Assembly: GCA_052034935.1 (NCBI GenBank)
Contig: JBPOIB010000009.1
Coordinates: 2,357 to 66,356 of the forward strand
Direction of reading: 5' to 3'
Source of the DNA: Candidatus Moraniibacteriota bacterium
Lineage (GTDB): Bacteria; Patescibacteriota; Minisyncoccia; Moranbacterales; UBA1568
DNA length: 64,000 nucleotides
Made by a program: the position numbers and the translations under genes. The notes under the pieces are model-generated. The model was given only the letters and a program-made list of their open reading frames with translations, ran no database searches and had not been told where the DNA came from. Each line of letters opens with the position of its first letter. Within the stretch, counting starts at the first letter, position 1. This document shows positions 9,129-18,592 of the stretch, one piece after another.

Positions 9129-10400
9129 CTATTGTACCAATTCCTGCCGCTTCAGGCTCGGAATGAGCGCTAGAATAAATATGAGAAGGAGACTGATGTG
9201 CAGAGAAAACAAAGCGGTCTCGAATACTGAGTGAGCCAGATACGCCGAAAGTCCGGCAAGAATCGCCGGGGAAAGGGGGTGGGATTTCGAACAGACAACA
9301 GACTGGATCAAGCCGAAAAGAATCCATCCAAAAAAAAGGATAAGTCCCACCAGTCCGAGTTCGGCAGCGACATCGAGAAAGAGATTATGTGCATAGAACG
9401 GGGTCGCTTCCGCAGCAAGCGGATGGTAAAAATTCAGATAATTGCCGATTCCTGTACCGAAAACTGGTTTCTCAGCGATTGCTGATACGGCTCCCTTCCA
9501 GAGAGCTATACGCTCCGTGCTGGACGCATCTTTGAGAGTGAAACTCGTAGAAAATCGTGAAAGTACCGGCTGGCTCAGAATGAGAGCGATAAAAAGCACG
9601 CCGATGAGCAGCGGCAAGTGGCGCTGAAGTGCCGGCCACGGCCGTCTTCGCACCGCTACACCATACATGGCGGCGCCGACTATGAGACCCATATATCCAC
9701 CCCGGGAAAAAGTGAGGATATCTGCCAAGAAAAGCGTCGCCGCGACACTCAAAGCGAGATATTTTGATGTTGATTCGAGGCGAGCAGCACCAAGCGCAAG
9801 AAATCCTGACAAACCGAAGAAAAAAGCAGCCACATGGGGATCGGGAAATACGGCCGTGGTACGCAGCCAGGTTTCGCCACCAATATTGACGAGAAGGCTT
9901 GGGTACTCCGCAACCATGGTAGCAAGCTCTCGCCCTAGAAAGAAGGGGAGGATATTCCCGATAAGGAAGTGGAAAGTCTCGCTTGTCCCGAAAACAAACT
10001 GGGAGAAAAAAATAGTAAGGCCAAGCGTCGCGGCAGCTGTAGCGCCCCAAAGAAGCGACCACAGGCCCTGTCTCATCCGTTTCTTTGACCGAAATTGATA
10101 CTGCCAGATAAAAAATAATGGAAAAAGATTAAAAATGAAGATTATTTTCGGAAAAGCAAGGTCAAATCGGGGCACCCAGAGAAGAGAGGCGGCTACCCAA
10201 AACAGGAATGAGGCAAGTAGCCCCATGGATACCGGGGACGAAAAAGTCCACTCCCGCTTCATGAGTCGCTCGAGGGCAAAGACGATAATAATGCTCAGGG
10301 CGAGACCCCTCGCAAGCGGCAAGTCGAACCCGCCCGGAAAAGGGAGGGCGAATTGAAGCGGAAGACTCGCGATAAGGGCAAGGCTGAGAAAAAAAGACAT
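9129..10400 (-). CDS. O-antigen ligase/Wzy-like polytopic membrane protein (paralogue)
   Basis: polytopic membrane protein similar in architecture to 7859-9124; 4-nt gap to GT2. Confidence 0.55.
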   Translation of the reverse strand: MSFFLSLALIASLPLQFALPFPGGFDLPLARGLALSIIIVFALERLMKREWTFSSPVSMGLLASFLFWVAASLLWVPRFDLAFPKIIFIFNLFPLFFIWQYQFRSKKRMRQGLWSLLWGATAAATLGLTIFFSQFVFGTSETFHFLIGNILPFFLGRELATMVAEYPSLLVNIGGETWLRTTAVFPDPHVAAFFFGLSGFLALGAARLESTSKYLALSVAATLFLADILTFSRGGYMGLIVGAAMYGVAVRRRPWPALQRHLPLLIGVLFIALILSQPVLSRFSTSFTLKDASSTERIALWKGAVSAIAEKPVFGTGIGNYLNFYHPLAAEATPFYAHNLFLDVAAELGLVGLILFFGWILFGLIQSVVCSKSHPLSPAILAGLSAYLAHSVFETALFSLHISLLLIFILALIPSLKRQELVQ

Positions 10401-10403
10401 AGG

Positions 10404-11195
10404 CTATCGGTAACCAAGCACCTTCTGAGCCAAAAGCAAAAGTGCTGACTCGTACCAGGGACGCCATTTTATGAAAAAACGAAGCTGGCTCTTATGAAAA
10501 TGCTTCTTTTGGGCCGGAATCGATCTATGACTCTGGCCGCCGGCATGTAAAAAGCGGAGAAATGGGTAGACGCCGACATAACCACCACGCTCCTTTGCTC
10601 GCCGGGCTAAATCAACGTCTTCAAAATAGAGAAAAAAGTGAGGATCAAAACCATCTAAGGAGTGAAAAAAGTCTTTCTGAATGGCCAGTGCCGCACCGGA
10701 AACCCAGTCTACCGCTTGGACCGCCTTCGCTTCCCAAGGGAAAGGGTGTGGATAAAGTCCAAAATTAGCGCGGAAAAGCGAAGGGAGTCCTGGGTACGCC
10801 CCAGCACTCCACGGTTCACGACTGCCCCCCGGTGTTTCCAGCGCCATTCCATAAATTGCCTTGGGTCGGTAATGGAAGGCGGCGAGAAGGCCGGGGAGAC
10901 TACCCCCCAGAAAAATCGTATCTGGATTGATAAAAAAAAGGAGATTGCCTGCCGCTATCTGACTACCGAGCATATTCGCTCGGCCAAAACCAATATTTCC
11001 CAAAGAATGGACCGTTTTGAGGCGAGGGAAGTCCCGCTTCAACCCTTCAACAAGATCATGCTCAGCACTATCATTATTCACCACGATGTATTCAGCCGAA
11101 AGCCTTGTCTGAGCGAGATATCCTTCCAGACTCGTGAGGCAACGTCGGAGCGATGAAGCACTGCGAAAATTCACTGAAATAAAGCTGATATCCAT
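10404..11195 (-). CDS. glycosyltransferase family 2
   Basis: N-terminal ISVNFRSAS...VVNNDS, DxD-type GT-A fold signature. Confidence 0.7.
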   Translation of the reverse strand: MDISFISVNFRSASSLRRCLTSLEGYLAQTRLSAEYIVVNNDSAEHDLVEGLKRDFPRLKTVHSLGNIGFGRANMLGSQIAAGNLLFFINPDTIFLGGSLPGLLAAFHYRPKAIYGMALETPGGSREPWSAGAYPGLPSLFRANFGLYPHPFPWEAKAVQAVDWVSGAALAIQKDFFHSLDGFDPHFFLYFEDVDLARRAKERGGYVGVYPFLRFLHAGGQSHRSIPAQKKHFHKSQLRFFIKWRPWYESALLLLAQKVLGYR

Positions 11196-11212
11196 GACTT
11201 TTCCCCAATATT

Positions 11213-12064
11213 TTAGAGAGAAACGTCAGTATACGCCCGTTCTACCTCCCGTGCCAAGGGACTGTTTGAAATTATGAGCCGGAGACGATTTTTCACCCTT
11301 CTGAGGAGGTAGTAGCCACGTACCCAGAAGTGCCAGAAGCCGCGGCTCTCCCGAAGGAAAAATTCGGCACTCGAGCGCACCAGCCAGTACAGCTTGGTTG
11401 GGCTTTTTTCGCTCTCTTCGCTGTGATAAACCACGGCCGAAGGAACAATGTACCGCCCAATACCGCAGCGCTTCGCGCGAAGTGAATACTCGGCATCTTC
11501 AGCATAAAGAAAGTACCGCTCGGCGAGAAGGCCAAGTGACCGGATAATTGATGCTGGAATAAAAAGAGCACAGCCAGTAAGAAAATCGGAAGTGAAGGCA
11601 TTTTTTCCCGGAAAACTCTGAAAATGCACTGTTTTCATCCGAAAGAAATCGATTTTCCCACCAGAAAACCAAACTGGCCCACCTGGAGAAGAAAGAATGA
11701 GGGGGGAGAGAATGCTCTTTTCTACATTTGACTGAGCCGCCAATTTAAGTGAGGCGAGGGCCGTCGGAGCGACGATTGTATCATTATTGAGCAACCAGTA
11801 AGCATCACAACTTTTCCCTGTTTCAAAGTAGCGCAGCCCAGCATTCATCCCCCCTGCAAAACCGATATTTTTCGGTAGGCGAAGCGTTTCGATTCTAGGA
11901 AATTTCTCCTTCATCTCTTCTAAGATCTCCGTTTCCCCGCCGTTATCCACAACCAGGATGCGATCTCGTGGTTCAAGCGTCTTTACGAGCGAATCAAGGC
12001 AGGCGGGCAAAACGTGCTCCCCATGGTAGTTCAAGATAATAACCGCGACACGGTACGGGCGCAT
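11213..12064 (-). CDS. glycosyltransferase family 2
   Basis: VAVIILNYHG...VVDNGG GT2 signature. Confidence 0.75.
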   Translation of the reverse strand: MRPYRVAVIILNYHGEHVLPACLDSLVKTLEPRDRILVVDNGGETEILEEMKEKFPRIETLRLPKNIGFAGGMNAGLRYFETGKSCDAYWLLNNDTIVAPTALASLKLAAQSNVEKSILSPLILSSPGGPVWFSGGKIDFFRMKTVHFQSFPGKNAFTSDFLTGCALFIPASIIRSLGLLAERYFLYAEDAEYSLRAKRCGIGRYIVPSAVVYHSEESEKSPTKLYWLVRSSAEFFLRESRGFWHFWVRGYYLLRRVKNRLRLIISNSPLAREVERAYTDVSL

Positions 12065-12070
12065 AGGCCT

Positions 12071-13531
12071 TTAGGCGATAGGGAGAGGATTCGTCGGGGT
12101 TTCATTCTGAGCTTCTTTTGAAGCAAAGACGCTCATCACTTCTGCTGAGGTGACCGCTTTTGTCAGCCAGAGCAGCAAAAGGTATGACACTGCTGCAAGT
12201 ACGAGCGCTACGATGAAGGGGAGGGCTGATGATACAGCAAGAACACCTGCCATTGCACCGGCCGAAAGGAAAATTCTCGGTAATCGATCCGGTTTTGGGA
12301 AAAAACCAAGCGTTTTATAGGCAATCCAGCCCGAGACGATAACGACCAGCATCTCAGTAAAGGCCGAGGAGACCGCTGCGCCAAAGTAAGAGAATTCTCT
12401 GATCAGGAGAGTATTCAGGGTAACGTTGACCACAGCAATAAGTGCAAGCGCCTTGAGGAGCTTCTTTTGAGCGTTACCGACAAGGATGAGCATATTAAAG
12501 TAGTGTCCAAAGAAAATTCCGGCCAGAGAGAAGATGAGGACGCGCAAAACTTCAGCCGAGGCATCGAATCCTGAGCCCGTCACGATTGAAATAATACCTG
12601 GCGAGAGGAAAAGGGTGCCGACAACGATAGGGAGGACGATAGCAATAAAAACTTTCGCTGTTTTTTCTGCAATTTCCCGGAATTCGCGCTCATCGGTCTG
12701 TTTTGCCCGCGAAAGCAGCGGGAGAATAAGCCCAACCAGCATCGCCGGGAAGAAAATAAGATTCTCCATCACTTTATAGGCAACGTTATAGATGCCGACG
12801 TCCGCTGCCGGTTGGAGGAGAGAAAGAATGATCGTATCGAGTTTGAAGTATGCGAAAGTGATGATCGCGGTGAGGCCGAGCGGCCACGCATCATGCATGA
12901 ATATCCGCCAGAAGGCCCGATCAAAGGAGAAGCTGAAGTGAACAAAGGATCGGGAAAGCCAAAGAGAGACAGAAGCATTAAACATCATCGTTAAGAGAAC
13001 AGCGCTTACTATCGCAATAAATCCGAGATCAAATTTCACCGCGAGGTAGATCAGCGTAAACTGGATGATTTTCCCAACAAATTCAACCATCGCCACCCGA
13101 TCCATAGCGAGCCGCTTCTGGAAAATCCCGTTCAAAAGCGTACTGAATTGAGCAAAAAGAAGCGCCACCGTAACGAGCACGATCCCACCCTTCACATGGG
13201 GGGCATAGTGGAAGAACCCGATGATAAGGGGGGCAATCACGATGATCGCAATACTCGCTATCACCCGAAGCCCCGCGACCTTACCGAAGAACTCCGCCTC
13301 GTTCACATCCGGCTTTGCAATCTCGCGAGCCGTAATATTGGCAAGACCGAGATCACCGATTGCACCAAAAAAGGCGAAGAAGGCCAAGACCGTCGCGTAT
13401 TCACCAAAACCCTCCTGTCCGAGGTAGCCGGTAATAAGCCGGATAGAGAGAAGCGCAATGAAAACGGTCGACGTCACCTTGAGCGCCGAGTTAAACACCA
13501 CGTTATAGGCTATTTTTCTCGCCAGCGCCAT
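12071..13531 (-). CDS. polysaccharide/oligosaccharide flippase (Wzx, MOP superfamily)
   Basis: ~12-14 TM helices, Wzx-like; start moved to ATG 13531 (MALARKIAYN) to avoid 68-nt overlap with khpB. Confidence 0.7.
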   Translation of the reverse strand: MALARKIAYNVVFNSALKVTSTVFIALLSIRLITGYLGQEGFGEYATVLAFFAFFGAIGDLGLANITAREIAKPDVNEAEFFGKVAGLRVIASIAIIVIAPLIIGFFHYAPHVKGGIVLVTVALLFAQFSTLLNGIFQKRLAMDRVAMVEFVGKIIQFTLIYLAVKFDLGFIAIVSAVLLTMMFNASVSLWLSRSFVHFSFSFDRAFWRIFMHDAWPLGLTAIITFAYFKLDTIILSLLQPAADVGIYNVAYKVMENLIFFPAMLVGLILPLLSRAKQTDEREFREIAEKTAKVFIAIVLPIVVGTLFLSPGIISIVTGSGFDASAEVLRVLIFSLAGIFFGHYFNMLILVGNAQKKLLKALALIAVVNVTLNTLLIREFSYFGAAVSSAFTEMLVVIVSGWIAYKTLGFFPKPDRLPRIFLSAGAMAGVLAVSSALPFIVALVLAAVSYLLLLWLTKAVTSAEVMSVFASKEAQNETPTNPLPIA

Positions 13532-13541
13532 GTGAAAAACC

Positions 13542-14036
13542 TTAACGGGCTGATTCCTCTTCTTCTGGGCGTTTTTTGATAAGTATCTTCCGCTCCTCAC
13601 CGTTTCCAATACTTTCGGTCGTTACGGTCGGATGAGCCGCAAAAAGGTGATGGATGAGTTTGCGTTCGAATGAAAGCATGGGGCGAAGGGTGGCCGGGAG
13701 TCCTGATTCCTCGACTTCCTTTGCCGCTACGAGAGCCTCACGTTCAAGAAAGACCTTTTTTTCTTGAAAATAGTGATTTACGTCGAGCGAAATTACGCCG
13801 TTCTTGGGCATTTCTTTGCGAACAGCTAATTTCACGATATGGAGCAGCGCCCCGACATTGGCACCATGCTGACCAATCAGGAGGTTTTGCCCATCATGAA
13901 GGGTTATTTCGCCATGATACTCAATTTTTTCATCCGGTAATGCTACTTCGGACACCTTCACCTCTGCATCAAATCCGATCCGTTGAATCAGATCCTTAAT
14001 AGTCACGGTGAGTGTTTGACGAAAGGGCTCATCCAT
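13542..14036 (-). CDS. khpB: RNA-binding protein KhpB/Jag (KH + R3H)
   Basis: KH GxxG (GQHGANVGALL) and C-terminal R3H (RKLIHHLF...GEERK); conserved position after yidC; start at ATG 14036. Confidence 0.7.
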   Translation of the reverse strand: MDEPFRQTLTVTIKDLIQRIGFDAEVKVSEVALPDEKIEYHGEITLHDGQNLLIGQHGANVGALLHIVKLAVRKEMPKNGVISLDVNHYFQEKKVFLEREALVAAKEVEESGLPATLRPMLSFERKLIHHLFAAHPTVTTESIGNGEERKILIKKRPEEEESAR

Positions 14037-14041
14037 AAGTC

Positions 14042-14785
14042 TTACTTCTGGCTTACCAAGGCGTTTTTCGGTTGTTTTGTAAATATCCACTTCTGTTGCG
14101 CCCAGGAAAGGAGCGTCGATACGAACCAATACAGTGAGAGGGCAGCTGGGAACTGAAAGCTGAAGAAGAAAACGAGCGCTGGACCGAGATAGAGCATCTG
14201 CTTTCCCATTATAGCAGCCATATCTGGCATTTCGCCGTCTTTCTTTGGGGTAGCTGCTGTTTGGGGCAGTATCATTTTTGTCTGGAAGTACTGGGCGATT
14301 GCTGCAAGGGCACCGAGAAGCGGACTTGCCTTCAGCATATCGAGAATCCCGAATGCCATATACTTGATTTCTCCCGGATTTTCGACGAAGCCATAGAGGT
14401 CAGCCGCATTGATAATAAGCTTTTTCTCGGAAATATTCATAATCACGTGGTAGAACGTGATGAAAAAAACCAATTGTACGATGAGGGGGAGGCAGCCGGC
14501 AAAGGGGTTCACCTTATTCTCCTTATAGCACTCCATAGTGGCTTTCGTCTGCTTTTCCTTATCCCCCTTATAGCGTTCCTGAATTTCCTTGATTTTCGGC
14601 TGTATTTCCTGCATCCGCTTCTGTTGTTCAATCTGCATGCGGGACAGGGAGAGGAAGGCTCCCTTGATTACCAGTGTGGTCAGAATAATTGCAATACCGA
14701 AGTCTTGAATCGGCAGGTTGGCATAAAAAAATACCACGAGGTTATAGAGTGGCTGATATATGAACGCGTGAAAGACTTCAGTCAT
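14042..14785 (-). CDS. yidC: membrane protein insertase YidC (short form)
   Basis: YidC/Oxa1 TM core; rpmH-rnpA-yidC-jag synteny. Confidence 0.85.
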   Translation of the reverse strand: MTEVFHAFIYQPLYNLVVFFYANLPIQDFGIAIILTTLVIKGAFLSLSRMQIEQQKRMQEIQPKIKEIQERYKGDKEKQTKATMECYKENKVNPFAGCLPLIVQLVFFITFYHVIMNISEKKLIINAADLYGFVENPGEIKYMAFGILDMLKASPLLGALAAIAQYFQTKMILPQTAATPKKDGEMPDMAAIMGKQMLYLGPALVFFFSFQFPAALSLYWFVSTLLSWAQQKWIFTKQPKNALVSQK

Positions 14786-14787
14786 AG

Positions 14788-15135
14788 CTATTTTTTCTCA
14801 TTTTTAAGTCTCAAAACTAGCCCCCTTAATATCTGAGCTAACCCCTCATATGTCGGCCCCGAAGAGAACGGACGCTGGAAAAGAATAATTACCTCCGCTC
14901 CGAATGGGAGTTCGGCGTGCAACTCCCTCATTATCGCACTTCCTTTCCGCTTAAGGAAATGCCGTGAAACCGACCGAGGAAAGGTTTTTTGCTTAAACGC
15001 AAATCCGACCCGGGCCGGCCGATTGCCACCAAGTCGAAAAAAAAGAGCTATTTCTGAGCCAAAAATAGCCTTCCTTGATCGAAAAATGGATTCGAAGCTC
15101 TCTCTCCCTCCCAGGCGGAGGTTTTTTGGGAGCAT
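14788..15135 (-). CDS. rnpA: ribonuclease P protein component
   Basis: basic ~115-aa protein LPKNLRLGGRESFESIFRSRK; immediately downstream of rpmH; start ATG 15135. Confidence 0.75.
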   Translation of the reverse strand: MLPKNLRLGGRESFESIFRSRKAIFGSEIALFFRLGGNRPARVGFAFKQKTFPRSVSRHFLKRKGSAIMRELHAELPFGAEVIILFQRPFSSGPTYEGLAQILRGLVLRLKNEKK

Positions 15136-15139
15136 ACGC

Positions 15140-15280
15140 CTAAACGGAGAGTTTTTTTCTCCCTTGGCGACGACGGCGAGTAATGACGGCCTGGCCGCCC
15201 TTTTCACTCATTCGCTTCAGAAACCCGTGCCGACGGGCTCGACGGCGCTTTTTCGGCTGATAGGTGCGCTTTGTTGCCAT
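15140..15280 (-). CDS. rpmH: 50S ribosomal protein L34
   Basis: [24 protein letters not shown]...GRKKLSV matches L34 consensus; 46 aa. Confidence 0.9.
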   Translation of the reverse strand: MATKRTYQPKKRRRARRHGFLKRMSEKGGQAVITRRRRQGRKKLSV

Positions 15281-15482
15281 AGTTACAGAAAAATATGTGT
15301 AGTCCAATTTTATTTGAAACAAGGGAAAAAGTCAATACAGCCACCCTTTTCACCCCTCATCACAAGTCCAGTAACCCAGAAAGATTAAAGTCTACAACTT
15401 TCCCACGCTTTTACAGAACCACTTTATACACCGAGTTTCCACATTTTATGCACGTTTTTGTATCGATAGAACGGGGTCTGCG

Positions 15483-15491
15483 TGATATAAT
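15483..15491 (+). promoter_or_regulatory. extended -10 box (TGaTATAAT) for dnaA
   Basis: TG-n-TATAAT at 15483-15491, ~20 nt upstream of dnaA ATG 15513. Confidence 0.4.
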
Positions 15492-15512
15492 CAGTTTCAC
15501 TTGTCTTTACTT

Positions 15513-16946
15513 ATGACTGATGAAGAGCTCTGGAAGGCGGCCCTGGGACAGATAGAACTTTCTCTCTCTCGGGCCAATTTCATTACCTGGTTCAAAAATA
15601 CAACTATTCTCTCTCGGTCTGATGGGCGAGTTGTTATTGGTGTGCCCAATGGGTTTGCAAAAGAGTGGTTAGAGAACAAATACAACCTCTACATCATCAA
15701 GGCTCTCAAGAGCCTTGATCCGAGTATTCAGGATATTAAGTGCTCTATCTCTCCCAGTAATCGCCAGGCCGTAGTAGCCACAGCACCAACAAAATCAATG
15801 GATGTCGCGCGCCCGGCAAGCCAAAATCAAACTACCCCACCCCCAGTACCAAATGGATTCTCTCGGAAACGGATTTCGGAAACACCCGTCACTAATCCTA
15901 ATAGTGGAGAACTTTTCGCGAGCAACCTCAATAAACGCTACACCTTCGAGAACTTCATCGTTGCAGAGAACAATGAGCTCGCTCGAGCCGCCTGTTTCGC
16001 TATTTCTCAGAACCTCGGACACCTCTACAACCCGCTTTTCATCTATGGCGGCGTCGGACTCGGCAAAACCCATCTCCTCCAAGCTCTCGGAAATGAAATC
16101 AATACGAAACATCCCGAAAAAAAGGTAAAATATATCACTTCCGAGCGATTTACAAGCGAACTCGTCGAATCAATCAAGAATCAGACGGTTGACCAGTTCA
16201 AAACAGCCTATGAGCACATTGATCTCCTCATCATCGATGACGTGCAGTTCCTTTCCGGACGCGAGAAAACCCAGAATGAATTTTTCCATATTTTCAACGC
16301 CCTCTATCAGCTCAATAAGCAGATTGTCATTTCAAGCGACCGAACGCCGAAATCCATCCCTACTCTTGAGGAGCGGCTCCGGTCCCGATTCGAAGGTGGA
16401 ATGATCGCTGATATCAGCAAACCAAGCCTCGAGACGCGCGTCGCTATTCTTCAGACCAAAGCCCAGGAAAAAAACATACCAATCGATCAGCCATCCATCC
16501 AATTCATCGCTGAGCATGTCAAAAATAATGTCCGGGAGCTCGAGGGGGCGCTTTCACGAGTCTTGGCCTATAGCGAATTCCAAAAAGTGCCCATTACCCT
16601 CCCACTTGTTCAAAAAGCACTCTCCGATATGATTATTCAGACAAAAAAATCAGTAAAACTTGATGATATTGTCCAAGTAGTCAGTGATTTTTATGGGATT
16701 GCTATTGAGGAGATGGTGAAGAAGGGCCGAAAGAAAGAAGTCGCCCACCCTCGCCAGATTGCCATGTATCTTCTCCGGACCGAGCTCGACACCCCCTTCT
16801 CAACGATCGGAGATTTTTTCGGTGGACGCGATCACACCACTGTTCTCCATGCTGTGGAAAAAGTCACCAAAACTAAAGAGTCTACTACTCGTGTCCGGGA
16901 AGAACTCCACTCGCTTAAGGAAAAACTCCAGGCAGCAGGTGTATAA
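15513..16946 (+). CDS. dnaA: chromosomal replication initiator protein DnaA
   Basis: Walker A GGVGLGKTHLL, AAA+ and C-terminal HTH; ORF-track start 15501 is TTG, first ATG at 15513. Confidence 0.95.
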   Translation: MTDEELWKAALGQIELSLSRANFITWFKNTTILSRSDGRVVIGVPNGFAKEWLENKYNLYIIKALKSLDPSIQDIKCSISPSNRQAVVATAPTKSMDVARPASQNQTTPPPVPNGFSRKRISETPVTNPNSGELFASNLNKRYTFENFIVAENNELARAACFAISQNLGHLYNPLFIYGGVGLGKTHLLQALGNEINTKHPEKKVKYITSERFTSELVESIKNQTVDQFKTAYEHIDLLIIDDVQFLSGREKTQNEFFHIFNALYQLNKQIVISSDRTPKSIPTLEERLRSRFEGGMIADISKPSLETRVAILQTKAQEKNIPIDQPSIQFIAEHVKNNVRELEGALSRVLAYSEFQKVPITLPLVQKALSDMIIQTKKSVKLDDIVQVVSDFYGIAIEEMVKKGRKKEVAHPRQIAMYLLRTELDTPFSTIGDFFGGRDHTTVLHAVEKVTKTKESTTRVREELHSLKEKLQAAGV

Positions 16947-17159
16947 GGCCTGTATAACTCTGTATTTCCTCGTGCTCGTTTGTGGACAAACACCTTCTTT
17001 ATGGATAATCCATCAGTTCCACACCTACTCCGTACAATCCACTCCACAAACTTATTTTTATAAAAACCTTTATTAGAGCCTCAACACCGTCATTTCCACA
17101 TATACAGTACGCTAATAACAATAATTTTAATAAATAACCTTACTTAATTACTTACCAAT
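16947..17159. promoter_or_regulatory. candidate oriC (dnaA-dnaN spacer with DnaA-box-like 9-mers and AT-rich unwinding stretch)
   Basis: TGTGGACAA, TATGGATAA, TTTCCACAT, CTCCACAAA (8/9 matches to TTATCCACA/TGTGGATAA) plus AT-rich runs 17060-17159. Confidence 0.55.
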
Positions 17160-18284
17160 ATGAAACTCTCATGTACTCAGGAAAATCTTCGGATAGCACT
17201 CTCATCACTCGAACGTATCGTTGGAAAACAAAGTACTCTGCCGATACTAAGCAATATCCTGCTTGAAACAGAGCGGGGTCAACTTCGGCTTTCTGCGACG
17301 AATCTTGAAATCGGGGTTATTACCTCGATTGGTGCAAAAATCGAAGCAGAGGGGAAAATAACCGTACCGGCGAAATTGCTCATAAATTTCATCCAGAATC
17401 TGGCTGGTGATCAGATTGTCGGAATTGAACAAATAGGAACGCAGGTTGTGCTCGAAAGCGGAAATTACCGGGTGAAAATTAATGGTCTTGATAGTAAGGA
17501 TTTTCCCATCATCCCGGAAAAGTCGGGTGGTCATACCTTTACTATTCAGTCGGAACTACTCCGTCAGGGACTCCAGCGAACACTCTTCTGTGTCTCGCTT
17601 AATGAAAGCCGTCCTGAATTGACAGGTGTGTTGATGAATATTAAAGAAGGGGATGTTTTTCTGGTCGCGACAGATAGTTTTCGTCTAGCCGAGTGGCATT
17701 CCCAAGGGGCGGCTCAGTGGGAAGGTGAGGAAATGACTGAGTTGTCTGTCATTATTCCGAACTATACCCTTCAGGAGGTATTGCGCGTCATGTCTCAGCC
17801 GACAGAAGGAGTTCAGGTAACGCTCGAAGAAAATCAGGTCTTCTTCGAATTAGGCAGTACGCGCATTGTTTCTCGTCTCATAAACGGCCGTTTTCCTGAA
17901 TACCAGGCGATTTTGCCGAAGCAATATACAATGGATGTAACCGTCACTCAGGAAGATCTTCAACGTGCACTCAAAATGGCGACGTCCTTCTCGGTCTATA
18001 GTTCCGGCGAAGTCACTTTTCAGCTGAATTCCGAAGAAGGACGACTTGAAATTGCTTCCCAATCCCAGGGTATCGGAGAACAGATAGCCAAAATCCCTTT
18101 TACAGGAACCGTAACGGAACCGCTTCAGATCGTATTCAGCCCGAGATATATCCTCGAAGGAGTCTCAGCACAACGGGGTGAAGAAATCATCCTTTCGATG
18201 AATTCATCAAGCACACCAGTTCGGATATCATCAGATGCTGAACGGGCAAGCTATCTTTACATCGTGATGCCGATTCGGAAATAA
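17160..18284 (+). CDS. dnaN: DNA polymerase III beta sliding clamp
   Basis: N-terminal MKLSCTQENLRIALSSLERIV...LSNILLE; 374 aa; follows dnaA. Confidence 0.9.
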   Translation: MKLSCTQENLRIALSSLERIVGKQSTLPILSNILLETERGQLRLSATNLEIGVITSIGAKIEAEGKITVPAKLLINFIQNLAGDQIVGIEQIGTQVVLESGNYRVKINGLDSKDFPIIPEKSGGHTFTIQSELLRQGLQRTLFCVSLNESRPELTGVLMNIKEGDVFLVATDSFRLAEWHSQGAAQWEGEEMTELSVIIPNYTLQEVLRVMSQPTEGVQVTLEENQVFFELGSTRIVSRLINGRFPEYQAILPKQYTMDVTVTQEDLQRALKMATSFSVYSSGEVTFQLNSEEGRLEIASQSQGIGEQIAKIPFTGTVTEPLQIVFSPRYILEGVSAQRGEEIILSMNSSSTPVRISSDAERASYLYIVMPIRK

Positions 18285-18292
18285 AGGAAAGT

Positions 18293-18592
18293 ATGCGCTC
18301 GCTGCGAGATTTTATCGGGAAGAGAGAGGGTAATTTCCATATTTCCCAACTCGATGATAAGACAGTGTTTTTTCTTTTTCGGAAGATTATCCGTGAAGAA
18401 TACGGGAATCGGGGAGTGAACGAACTGTCACCGGTTATTTTTTCCGAAGGGGTGCTCTCTATTAAAGCGAGTAATCCGCTGTACTCGAACGAGCTCTGGA
18501 TGCGACGTGAGATGCTTATCGAGCAAATGAACCGGGAGCTCGGTGAAGCGGGGATTCTCGAGATACGGCTTGTCCGTTATGACGGTCAATAG
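18293..18592 (+). CDS. small DUF721/DciA-like protein often found after dnaN
   Basis: 99 aa; position and size consistent; weak sequence evidence. Confidence 0.4.
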   Translation: MRSLRDFIGKREGNFHISQLDDKTVFFLFRKIIREEYGNRGVNELSPVIFSEGVLSIKASNPLYSNELWMRREMLIEQMNRELGEAGILEIRLVRYDGQ

